Shown here: piece after piece, positions 26,550 to 40,341 of the stretch | Layout: the number at the start of each line of letters is the position of its first letter | Numbering within the stretch: position 1 is the first letter of the stretch | DNA from: Monocercomonoides exilis PA203 | Taxonomy: Eukaryota; Protista; Preaxostyla | Direction: 5' to 3' | Assembly: GCA_001643675.2 (NCBI GenBank) | Contig: LSRY02000065.1 | Location: 248,001 to 312,000, forward strand | DNA length: 64,000 nt | Program-made: the position numbers and the translations under genes | The notes under the pieces: model-generated | The model's database searches: none | Seen by the model: only the letters and a program-made list of their open reading frames with translations | Told to the model about the DNA's origin: nothing

Positions 26550-26945
26550 CAGATATCGCATAAAATACCGGACATCGCACAAAATACCGGACAAGATCGA
26601 TTTCACAACAACCGCAAGAGGAAAATTTCTGGAAAATTTCCTCAAAATATATTTCATCAATACAAACTCGCGTGACATAAAAGACTTCACTTCAGCTTTA
26701 TTTGTGCTTAGAAAAAAATAATTTTTGAAATCTCGGAGAAATATGATTTTAAGTTTCTCCGAAATTTTCAATATTATTTTTTCCAAGCAAAAACGAGAAA
26801 GTGATGAAAGTCTTGTATGCCACATGAGTTTGTATTAATGAGGTATATTTTGAGGAAATTTTCCAGAAATTTTCCTCCTGCGGTTGTTGTGAAATCGATC
26901 TTGTCCGGTATTTTGTGCGATGTCCTGTATTTTATGCTTTATCTG
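26550..26945. mobile_element. MITE (396 bp), Tc1/mariner/pogo-type, TA TSD
   Basis: TA|CAGATA...TATCTG|TA. Inverted arms of about 130-140 bp carry a duplicated AAAATACCGGACA motif. Confidence 0.88.
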
Positions 26946-27123
26946 TAACTGGAAATGTCTATGGAGGAATTGTTTTGTCTCATTTCGTTATTGAACATAA
27001 ACGACAAAATTGAAAATGACTGATGCTTCTGATGCCATCAACATATCTTTTCCAAAGAGCTAAGCAAAGTCTTTGAAAGTTTTTGTGGCCGTTTATCTTA
27101 TTATTTCTTATCTCATTATCATA

Positions 27124-28104
27124 CACCAAAAATTATTCAAAGTCGAAAAACTTTCAATCGAAATCGAAAAACTTTCAACCAAAGTCGAAAAACTTTCAAA
27201 CGAAATCGAAAGTTTTCATTCGAAGTCGAAAAACTTTCATTCAAAGTCGAAAACTTTCATTCGAAGTCGAAAAAGTTTCAATCAAAGTCGAAAACTTTCA
27301 TTCAAAGTCGAAAAAGTTTCAATCGAAATCGAAAAAATTTCAATCGAAATCGAAATTTTGACAAAAATAAAAACGTTTAATAAAGAGAATTCAATTGAAG
27401 TGGATCTTTGTTCTTTTGTTTTTGTGATTATTATTAGCAATGTTTGTGTTATTGTTTTCTGCATATTTTGAAATTTTCGAATCAAAATAAACTCAAAAAT
27501 AAACTCTGAACGAAACACTAAACATTTGTTTCCTTCTACAATAAATGAGTTTTTTGATATGAAAAACGCGAAATAAGAGAGCCAATGTTGTATGCATCAT
27601 TTTTCATTTATTGTGAAAAAATATAAATATTTATTTTTTATGCAAATCTTTTGAAAAGCAGTGTTCTTTCAATTAAAATAAGATAAAAATACATCAGTAT
27701 TACTCTCACATTTCTTATTTTTGTGATTGGACAAAAGAAGGCAAAGAAAAACATCTGAAAAAAGATGAAAAATCATGAAAATAACAAATATCATTGATAT
27801 TTCAACAATAAAAATGTTTTTTGACTTTTATTGAATTTTGTCAACTTTTTGAAATTTTGAAAAATTTCGAACTTTCGACTTTGCTTGAAAGTTTTTCGAT
27901 TTCGATTGAAATTTTTTCGATTTCGATTGAAACTTTTTCGACTTTGAATGAAAGTTTTCGACTTTGATTGAAACTTTTTCGACTTCGAATGAAAGTTTTC
28001 GACTTTGAATGAAAGTTTTTCGACTTCGAATGAAAACTTTCGATTTCGTTTGAAAGTTTTTCGACTTTGGTTGAAAGTTTTTCGACTTTGAATAATTTTT
28101 GGTG
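27124..28104. mobile_element. Foldback-type element (981 bp) whose arms are tandem 20-21-bp repeats; TA TSD
   Basis: TA|CACCAAAAATTATTC...GAATAATTTTTGGTG|TA. About 11 copies of AAAGTCGAAAAACTTTCAATC at 27139-27357, mirrored at about 27866-28090. Confidence 0.9.
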
Positions 28105-28594
28105 TATCTTATTCGAAATAAATTAACAAATTATTCGAAATTGTTTAATTTTTTATTAGAAATTTTTCATTTTGAGTGTTATTTAATATAAGATATTTTG
28201 AATTAAATAAAACACTGATTGAGTGTCTGAAAGTGATCAAAATGTTTTGTTTTTTTATTATTCATTAAAAGGATGAAAATTTGAATCCCAATAAATATTA
28301 TTTGTTAATAAACATAAAAATATCTGATTCAACTGAAAAAAAACTATCATCTTTGAAATCTGATAATTTCCAAAAGAATTCACCTCAAACATCGGCTATT
28401 GAAATTATTATGTTGCATTTGGAGCAAGAATGAATATATGTTGTCTTATGAAAAAATGTTTTTGAATCTTTTGCACACTGATAAAAGAAAATTTTTCAAA
28501 AATTATCACTCATATTATTTTTTCAAAAGTTACTGATTTTCTGTTAATCAAATATGAGTGTTTATTATCTTTAAGATTTTTTTTTTCATTTCAT

Positions 28595-29546
28595 TCGATC
28601 AACACATTTGTCAATGAAAATCGAATGTGTGAATGGTTGAAAAAGAATTGAGTTATGAATCTTTTAATGAGTATTATTCAAGTTTTTTCGAATATTATTT
28701 ATATATTCAAATATTATCATAAGTGACTTGATTCAAATAAAAAGAAAAAAAAACGGTTTCTATCTGGTCCATCTTTCACACAAATTGAAAACAAAAAATT
28801 ATTTGTATTCAATTGATATTGCAAAAGCTCTATCCTGGCATTCAATTCAAAACAATTCACTTGAATCATTTTATTATATAAGATACAGTTGGAGAAAGGG
28901 GATTTTTTATTCGGTGAGCTCGCTCACAAATGTGGTAAGAAAGACAACAAGTTATTGGAGGAGCAGGAATAACAGTGGAAAGTGATTAAACGATTTGGAG
29001 AAAATGAAAGAAAAAGCAAGTGAGGATTTTAGGATGCATGGAAAGATTGAAATGTGGTGGAGACGGAAAACCGTTAATGGTTGTTGTTTCTGATAAAGAA
29101 ATGGAACCGTTTTCAACAAATATCCAGAGATTTGTCAAAAATGGGGCATTCATATAACAAGATGAATGGCATTATTATTCTTTGCTTGAAGCACAAAAAT
29201 TTATTTATCAAAGAATTTTCCACAAAGAACAAACAAGAGACTGTGAAACTGACTTGAAAACAAATGCAATAAATGGATAATGCCAACAGATGCGATGCAT
29301 TTCAACAAGATTTGGAACACAGATCAGGTCAATGAAGGATAATTCTACAATGTTTTCAGTGACATCAATTCGTTATTAGAAGTCCAACAAGATAAATACA
29401 TTTCCATTCTTTGAAAAGTGCAGCGTGCCAGTTCAAATTGTTAAAGAAGATGTTTTAATTGAAGAAATCCGAAATAAGGAAGATATAGGAAATAAAGAAA
29501 ATAAAGAAGAACTTGATGAAGATAATAAAGAAGATGATGATGCATG
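28595..29546 (+). pseudogene. Merlin/IS1595 (ISXO2-like) transposase relic
   Basis: IGGAGITVESD*T, DEWHYYSLL and HKEQTRDCETDLKTNAI match the IGGxGxxVEIDES, DxWxxY and HxxxFVDPxTGxxTNxIE motifs; many stops and frameshifts; acidic tail. Confidence 0.65.
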
Positions 29547-29709
29547 AACAATTCAGCATAGACATTTATTCTTTTTTCAATTTTAATTGCAAATAATCTT
29601 ATTTATTTGAAAATTTAAAAATCCTTTTTTTTTCCATATCAGTATCTTTTATTAATTAAATTTAAAAAATTAATTATTGATCAAAGGTTCTTATTAATTA
29701 ATATTTCCT

Positions 29710-30817
29710 GTGTAACAAACCCTGGACAATGGAAAAATTTCAGCTTTGGTTAAACTTTTCGTTCATTCATTTATTTCAAATTAAATAAAAGAAGTGTTTG
29801 AAAAATTTATAACTGCTTTTTTTTATTGAGAAGTGGGCATTCTGCAACAAAAAGTCCATCAGTTATTTTTCACAATTATATCATTCCAAGAATAAATTTA
29901 AGATATTTCAGTTAATTATGATTCCTTAGTGATGAAAGCATGAAAATTTTTAAAATAAGATTTAAATTGATAAAGAAAATATAAAAAACAAAAAATATTG
30001 ATCCTATAATCACTTTGATCTGGGTGATAATATTTGAAATCATAATTTCTCTTTCATAATTATCTAATCTGAAAATTTTTTTGAACATTAACAAATGAAC
30101 ACTGAAATATGAAATGGCTTATTGAAGACATCTTCATCTTTATTTTCACAAAGATATTGGTTTGTGAAACAATTGGGATGTATCTAGCATTTGAATACAA
30201 AATAACTTTCCAAAGACAAACAACCATATAAAAATGAACACGCTGAAAAAAGTTATAATTTCTTAAATAATTTCACATCTGATATTTTCAAATTAGGTAT
30301 TCTCTCGAAATAAGACTTTTCTTATTTGAAAAAGAGTATTTTTGCGAAGACGTGAAATGTATGTGTACGTATATTAAGAAAAAGAGACAAATTTTTAGGA
30401 TAAAAAATGGTTTGTGTTTTGAACTCTCTCAGTTTTGGTTATTTTTTTCTCTTTTAAAACACTTCATCGTCAATTTATCCATTGATTTCATACATGTTAA
30501 CTATCCTGGAGTGAAATAAAAACTTTTGAAACAGAATAATAATGATTAATAAATATTATTTTGTTTCATTGATATCCTTCAAGTTTCATTATTCCGAGAA
30601 GTGTGCACAAAAACCCTTTTTCTTCTTTTTTTCTTTCAAATACAAAATAAGAAGAAAAAGGGTTTTTGCGAACACTATAATATTAAAAAAGCAATTATTA
30701 TTCTTCAAACGCTTCCTTTATTTAATATCAAACAAATAAAAAGGCGAAAAGTTTATTAAAAGTTGAAATTTTTCCATTGTCCCGGATTTATGACATTTCA
30801 CGGATTTGTGACACACT
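29710..30817. mobile_element. Old non-autonomous TIR element (about 1.1 kb, degenerate TIRs of about 115 bp)
   Basis: TGTAACAAACCCTGGACAATGGAAAAATTTCAGCTTT... versus reverse complement TGTCATAAATCCGGGACAATGGAAAAATTTCAACTTT...; internal hairpin at 30601-30675. Confidence 0.7.
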
Positions 30818-31296
30818 ATTCTCCATAGACACATTTCCGAAATTTGTCATACTCATATTACTTATGCACAACATGCATTATAATAAACAGCGAAGTTTCA
30901 AAGAAATCTGAACGTACCGATATATTTGGATTATTCAGGCATTTAACTCAGGAAAAAATTAACATTTCAAAATTATGAATTACTAATAAAAACATGAAAA
31001 ACAAAACAAGAAAAAAAAGATTCAAAATAATAAAAATCAAAATTCAATATCCTATTGAAATGATTTCAACGTAAAGCAAAGCACAAACGGATCTTAATGC
31101 AGAAATAAACTGAAAACGCGATGAAAAAACTTTAAAGAATAACAATTTACTCCAAGATTAAAAACGAAAAAAGAATTTCATATCATGAAATGAACTCAAC
31201 GACTTTGAAAATTGAAGCTAATTATGTATTCGTTATGAAGCTAAAGCCAATATTGATCTTGATCAAAAAAATTTCCCTATTTTTGTTCGAAAATGT

Positions 31297-32457
31297 TCAA
31301 CAACAACCTGAAGGTTTTTGTTCCTCCAATTCTACAGGTTGCAAAGAAGGTTCAGTGGGTCTTTATGATTCCATAAGGTTATTTGTTGAATTTTGATCAG
31401 GGAATTGAAATGATAATTATTTAAAGAATATTAAAAATAATCATGAAATAACATTATATAAGAAAAGATGAAAATATAAAAGTTCACACTCTGTTTCTTT
31501 CCTTTGAAGTGTAATTGTCGCAATTGTTGTGAAAACTTTTTCAGTTACAAGTTCGAATTAGGTATGTTCATAAAAACAAAAAATAAAAAATCAAAATAAA
31601 GAAAATTATCAAGATAATGATAATATAAATTTCAAACTGTCATCCAAATTAAATCCAGATTTAGCAGAAGCCTCGAAATATGGATGGCCCATTCCTAACT
31701 GTCTGCAAAATCGTTCAGCCTCAGCAGACGAGACAGCACGCTCAGAGACCGGTTTATCAATTTTGTTCCCGATAATTATGAAAGGAAATTCCTCAGCTTG
31801 ATCTTCCGACATTTGAGAAAGAAAATAATCATGCCAAGTTTGAACATGCTCAAACGATTCACGGTTGGATACGTCAAAAACCTAAATAACGATAATATTT
31901 TGTATTCAATCAACTTTAGCAAGATCTTAATTATCACATACCAAACAACAAATATCTGCTCCATGAAAATAAGATGTTCCAAGGCTTCGAAATCTCTCTT
32001 GTCCTGCTGTATCCCAAATCTAATTCAAATGAAACATATGTTATGAATTTGAATATAAGAGAGAGAGAAATGAACCTGCAGAACAACAATAACATCTCCT
32101 ATCAAAATTTCTTGAACGAAAAAGTCTATTATATCAGTTGTTATGTTTTACAAATTGTGAAATAGAAAAAATCATTAACTTCATTTTTTGAAATAAAAGC
32201 AAACCAGCGCCTAATGTAGCTTTATACCTTTTTTGAAACTTTTTTGATATGTACTGATTAAGAAGTGACGTCTTCCCAACACTGCATTTAATTATAAGGG
32301 TAGAAAAAATAAAAAATTACCATCTTTCAATAATAGATTCATACAACATATCGCCAAGAAATACGCACTTGACATAAACATGATTGCCACCTGTTTCACT
32401 CGACCATAATGCACCATTTAGCAATGATGATGAAATTGTCGTTTCAGGCGAACTCAT
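31297..32457 (-). CDS. Rab family small GTPase, Rab7-like, multi-exon
   Basis: [50 protein letters not shown] and C-terminal SGCC prenylation motif. Confidence 0.93.
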
Positions 32458-32528
32458 AGAAACATGAATTATTGACCCCTAATTTAAATTTTGTTTTTGA
32501 GAGGCTTTTCGAAACAGACTGTTTTTTG
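32458..32528. promoter_or_regulatory. Putative 71-bp bidirectional promoter (Rab / CYTH)
   Basis: Divergent ATGs at 32457 (-) and 32529 (+). Confidence 0.6.
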
Positions 32529-34600
<2,072 letters not shown>

Positions 34601-34679
34601 TTTCGAGTTTTTTAATATAATTATTAAGAAAATATTTTTGATTTATTGATTATTATTATTATTATTATTTTTAACGATT

Positions 34680-35040
34680 TGGGACGATATTTTTTGCTTT
34701 ATGAATTTTGTTCCATTCTGCACATTTAATTAATTTATCAATTTTGAAAAATTTCTTATGTTTTTTTGACATGTGAACGAAAGATTTCTCATGATAAGGT
34801 TATGGAAAAAGTGTGGAACAAATTGAAGTTTTTTTCATAAATGAAAGAATTGTGCCCCATTTGGGGTAAAATTCTTTCATTAATATAAAAAACAACGATT
34901 TGTTCCAAACTTTTTCAAAAACCTTTTCATTAAAAGTCTTTCATTCCCATTTCAAAAAAATATTGCAAAATTTAAAAATGAGGAAAATACTTGAAAGTGA
35001 AGAACGGAACAATAATCATATCGAAAAAAATTTCTTCCCA
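34680..35040. repeat. Degenerate palindrome of about 360 bp centred at 34860-34861
   Basis: Centre ATGAAAGAATTGTGCCCCA-TT-TGGGGTAAAATTCTTTCAT. Arms stay alignable out to TGGGACGATATTTT versus AAAATTTCTTCCCA. Confidence 0.8.
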
Positions 35041-35506
35041 TTTCAAATTAAAATGTCGTTTTTGAATAATTCAAAGAAAATGAAATTCATTTCATAAGAT
35101 GGCACAAAGCTCACAGATATGCAAACATTTGGGAAAAAAAAATCGTTTTTGTTAAAATAATATTTGTTTTTGAATTTGAATCATTGAGAAGATCAAATAA
35201 ATTGCAAAGAACAATCACATCATCCCACAACAAAAAACAAAAAAAAAAACAAAAACAAAACAAAAACAAAAAAAGAAAGACAAAAAATAAAAATTCAAAA
35301 TTATTAAAAAAAGAAATGAAAGAAAATTAGAAAAATTCAACTAAATTTGGCTTAATAAGATTTAAAAGAAAAGAAGAGAAAAGAAAAAAAAAAGAAGAAG
35401 ATGTAAATTAAAATAAAAGGCAAACCATATTCTCAAATATGTTCCTAAAATTACAGTTAAAAATTGTCCAATATTAAATAACTGGAAATTGCTCAAGGTG
35501 AACATT

Positions 35507-36744
35507 TCAAAAAATCACACAATTCTCAAATGAATTCATTTTGCCCTTTCCCCTTTTAACCTGTAGCTTCCTCACAGTTTCCAACAAGCACTCAGTTTCT
35601 TCTTTATTTGGAGGGAATGGAATCTCATCAAAATTAACTTCTTCTTCTTCTTCTTCTTCAGTGCTGCCTTTCGAAACAGTCTCCGATGGAGTTGAAGAAG
35701 ACGAGCAAGACATCTCGTCATTCGCTTTATGCCCCTCATCGAAGTTGCAATCTTCTCTACAAACTTTCTTCTGATCTTCACAATCTTCTTTTCTGCTTTC
35801 TTCAACTTGACACACTTTTCTGCTTTCTTTCAATTTCGCTTCATATTCAATCAGCTGCTCCAAAAACCCATCGTTAGGTCGAATTATCCTTCTTCGATTC
35901 TTCACAAAAACTAGCGCCTTGCTTAAAGGTATGTTATACCTCCACATCAAATAAGCAATGATCATTGATGAAGATCTTGAAATTCCAAGATAACAGTGAA
36001 CTAGAACTCGTCCTCCTTTGTCCAGCGAGCGAGAAATAAACTGAACGCCATCATCAAAATCGAGTTCCACAGATTCAATGTCGTCTACGCAAATGAATTT
36101 TCTTGAAACTCCTTCAGGTAAAGTGTAATCATTTTCAAGTGATATATTCAAAACATGTGTTATTCCAAGTTGCGTAAGAAATTCAATTGAATCCAATTTA
36201 GGATAATGCCCAAGGAAGAGATTATGCACAATCTCACATGGACATAAATAAGGCCTTATTTCAGGAGATGTAATGGAAAAGGGCGAAGTGCAGATAAACG
36301 GATAAACTTTATTAAAATTACAATATGTTTCATCTAATATAAAGCAGTATTGGACTGCAATAAGTTCTTTAAACATATCGTCTAGGCAAAAAGGTATTTC
36401 TTTGAAAATTCAAAATTCAAAAAATTTTCATTTCGCAAAAACTCATTTTCAATTAAAAACATACCAATTTCTTTCTCCCCAACGATTAATATTTCCGAGT
36501 TTTGAGCACTCAATAATATGTTTATGATATCATTTTGTTTTAGCTGTGTGTTTATCGAATCCAAATTTATTTTGTCGCTTTTCTTTAAGAGCTTTAAAAC
36601 CTCCGTTGATAAGTCGAAATTAATAGATGCACAAATATGAGACTCATCAAAATCCATTTTGCTTCTGAAATCAATAACTTTTTTAATATCAGCTCCACAT
36701 GTTGTTCTGTTATAAAAATCTTTCGAATTCAAGTGTTTAATCAT
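35507..36744 (-). CDS. Dual-specificity (MAPK-type) phosphatase with N-terminal rhodanese-like domain
   Basis: VIDFRSKMDFDESHICASIN (rhodanese-like); one intron; LFLG..GITHVLN..VLVHCYLGISRSSSMIIAYLM..IRPNDGFLEQL. Confidence 0.92.
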
Positions 36745-36998
36745 AATTACTTTATGGTTTTTGATTTGGTTTTTTTTTAACATCAAAATTTCTCCAAATA
36801 TCCTTTTTAATCATCAGCCTTTTTTAAAATCATGTCATGATGAAATTCATTAAATATTGGATTCATGCTTATTTTTGATATTTTCAAAATTATTATCCAC
36901 ACATTTGTAAATTGTAATTAAAAAAAGAAAACTGAAAACTCTCCTTGCTGAAATGAAAGAAACAAAAAAATAACACATGTGAAATGGGCACATTATCA

Positions 36999-38768
36999 TC
37001 ATATCGAGGTATTTCTCACTCTTGCAAATTCCAAACGAAGTTGGTTCATTGCAGAGAGGAACGAATCACTCACTTGTGTTGTTGCAGCGTTTTTCCTGCG
37101 CGTAACAGAAATATGCTGCTTGAAAAATGGATGGAGAAGAAGAGATATCAAAGACAAATGAGGGGTCGAGAAAATATGTGTGCAAAATGAATGCAAAAGA
37201 GGATGAGTTGGAATTGAAGTAGGAAGCTGCAAAGGATGGGTAAGCTCAAATCCCTGTGAAAAATAATATTTTGAATAAATAAGATAATAACAATCACAAA
37301 AAAAAATGTCAGAAACAATCAGAGAAATCAAACTGAAGCCATTTCATAAGCAACAACAGCAAAGGAGAGAACATCAGGATCGATCTGCGAAAGAGGCAAA
37401 AACTTTCGCGGCTGTTGCATGTTTTCTATGCATGACTGCTCTGCGTTATCTCCACTGCCACTTGATGATGATGTACTTTTAGTCTTCTCTTCATCGTCTG
37501 AATCGTCTTCGTCTTTCACTTTCTTCGCACTTTCAGCATCTTCCTCTTCATTTTCGGAAGAGAGTCCAGCTTCTGCCCTTTGATCGATAGCATCTCGCAA
37601 TATTTGTGGGCGCGGAGAAACTCCAAGCAGCGAATTCCAATAATCAGTCAAACTTTCATTTGAAATAGAAAAATATTTGTAAAAATTTTTAGAAATAGAT
37701 TGACAATGAAAGAGAAGATAACAAAAAATCAAAAAGAAATATCAAAGCGTACAATGCTGTTTCGCTTCCCTGTATTAGAATGTTACTAGATGTGATGTGC
37801 CCGCATTGATAGTGATGCTTCCTCAAAAACAGAACTGCTTCGAGTATCTGAAACAGAAACTCGCTAATTAGTTCCTCGCTCATTGTTGGTCTTTTTTTGA
37901 GCTTTTTCTCCGAAAGAAGATTGAAGCCTACAGAACATCCCATGTCACGGAGAGAGCCATTTGTTGCTATTGGCGTGATGATAAGCAGAGATGGAGATCC
38001 TCCACGCGACTTAGAAAATGACACATGAAGACATGGGATGATGTGTGGATGCTGTAAGTTGTCAATAAAACAATGAGCACATAAAACCAGGAGACCGTTA
38101 ACAAATTTTCAATTGGAAAATTAAATAACTTAAGCAAACTCGAATGGATGTTAAAACAGCAGACACAGCTTTGCGAATTCCATCATCTTCTAACAGCAAA
38201 GTACAGTCTTCTCCCTAGATTCATTTAAAAAATCTTAAATTTTCTCACAAACATTAGAAATCAAACCTTTTCAATCAGTTGGGCCATGCAAGGTAGATTT
38301 TGCTTTTCATGAGTCACCTGGAAGTAGTGTTTGTCAAGCCTTGTTCCTATTAATCCAAATGAACCAGAATACTCCCATTTATCAATGCTTCTCAAGCACA
38401 ACTGAACAGCAATTTCGGCCTATTAAATATACGTTTCAATTATGAATGAGGTAATGTGGGTCTTTTTGGGAAATATATTAATAAAAAACCTGATTGTTTC
38501 TTTGAATCAAATTTGCTTTTGAATCGTCTTTAACTTTCCGAGGTGCTAAAAGAGGATATCTTTCAGGATCTATTGCAATTTTTTGCGAGCGTCTGCAACA
38601 GCATACAATTACTGTTATTAAGACACACACAAAAACAAAAGATCTTTAAAAATTACACAGAAAAACAGAAGTGCACAGTTAGAATTGTTAAAAATTTAAA
38701 CATCAATAAGATATTTTAGATTATTTTTCAAACGTGCTTGCAATTGTGGCTATGAGCCACACTTCCAT
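36999..38768 (-). CDS. PXK/Slob-family pseudokinase, multi-exon; 3' end uncertain
   Basis: HPHIIP..NGSLRD..FQILEAVLFLRKHHYQCGHITSSNILI..LTDYWNSLLG..DVLSFAVVAYEMASG matches recalled PXK motifs (GHLHASN, LLDLENSLLG); no HRD or DFG. Confidence 0.75.
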
Positions 38769-38843
38769 CGAAATGAATTAGAATAATTTTTATGAAGGGT
38801 TGCCCAGAATTAAACATTTTTGAAATCAGTTCCACTTTTTTGT
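38769..38843. promoter_or_regulatory. Putative 75-bp bidirectional promoter (pseudokinase / RAD9)
   Basis: Divergent ATGs at 38768 (-) and 38844 (+); contains an Inr-like TCAGTT. Confidence 0.55.
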
Positions 38844-40341
38844 ATGGAAGCGCAGATTCCATCGCAAAATTTACGAATATTTCTCCGTGCAATTACTTGT
38901 TGCGCAAAAATTGGCGATGAACTTTACTTGAGAGGTCGCCCAGATGGAGTTTGCTAGAATTCATTTGAATATGTTAGTATTTAATTGGATAAAACATTTG
39001 TTCAGCTTAATATTTCCATTGTGAATTCTACTCGTTCTGTGTTTTTTTCATTCGCATTTCATTCATTATTCTTTGATAATTACACGGTTATTGATGAAAA
39101 TGCCACAAGATGTAAAATTCAACTAAGAGTATGCTTTTAATAATAAATTTGCACAATTTATTTTTTAAAAAATAATTAGCAATTTTTATCTGCGCTTAAA
39201 GTTTTTAAGCCATTTGATGTTTCTAATGAAAGCAAATATATTCTTCGAATCACAACTGAACCTCCAAGAGTCGTCGTTCAATACACAAGTTCAGGTATGA
39301 TTGAAGCGCATGCACATAAAAATTTAACAATTGCTTTTTTTTAAGATGGAATTGTGCGAGCGAAGTCATTGACATTTGAATCATCAAGAGCTGTTCATGC
39401 AGCAACTGCACAGAACACCCCAGGAAAAGTATGCAAATTTTCAGCATTAATCACTTTTTGCGTTTACGCAATTTTGTTGAAATAGATCCAGTGCAGTCCA
39501 GCTGTATTTGATCATCCTTCGCTTGCAAAAGTGACAGAAGTTGAACTGCAATTTAGAGCGGACAGCATAAAAATGCTCAACTTTGTTGAATCTCAGCCAG
39601 GTTAAGATAATATTTTCCTGAGCGAATAACATTGTTTTTAAATATTTTCTTCTCTTTTCTCAATTTGCTCTGTTCTTGTACATGCGGAAACAAACAAATA
39701 TCACAGGCACCGAAAAGAGGATGAAGACCGCAATAACAATAAGAGTCGCACCACCACATTTTTCTCAGTACGAAATACCTTCGATGGACAGAGTCGAGGA
39801 AGAGGGCGAAAAAGAAGGCAGAATGGAGCCAGATGAAAGCAAAAGTGATCGAATGAAGGAAAGAGGCGATGAAGAAAATGATATCATGACAACACCTTCA
39901 AAGCGAACAACTTTTGAAGGAGGAAGCGCTCTTCCTTCGTTCACTTCAATTTCCTCTTTCTCTTCTTCTTCTGCTTCTTCCGCTTCGAATGCAAGCGCCT
40001 TGACATCTTCGTATTCAAAGCCCTTTTCGCTCATCTTCTGTGTGAAAGAGTTTCGCGCTCTGCTTCACTTCACGTCGGGCATAGGCAGCCCAATCACTCT
40101 TTCTTTTAGTCAGCCTGGAAAGTATGTGCAATGTCATTTTTATTTTTTTCCTCGTTCTCTTTTAAATATCTCTTTTTTTCATTTAATTTTATAATTTCAC
40201 TTTTTCATCTTTTTCGTTTTTTTCTTTTCTCCATTGAATTCTTTGGCTAATAGACCTCTTTGCATTTCGCTCAACATTGACAGATATTTGCAAGCCAACT
40301 TTGTTCTGGCAACTCTTCTTGTGAGATCAGATATCGAATGA
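38844..40341 (+). CDS. RAD9: 9-1-1 checkpoint clamp subunit Rad9
   Basis: NLRIFLRAITCCAKIGDELYL..VNSTRSVFFSFAFHSLFFDNY..CKIQLR..FCVKEFRALLHF..FSQPGKPL..ANFVLATL. Confidence 0.92.

Noticed and set aside
27073-27518. Heptad-repeat coiled-coil ORFs
   Set aside because: By-product of the 21-bp repeat in the foldback arm.
27139-28090. CRISPR-like array of 21-bp repeats
   Set aside because: Repeats are contiguous with no unique spacers, mirrored as inverted arms, with no cas genes and a eukaryotic context.
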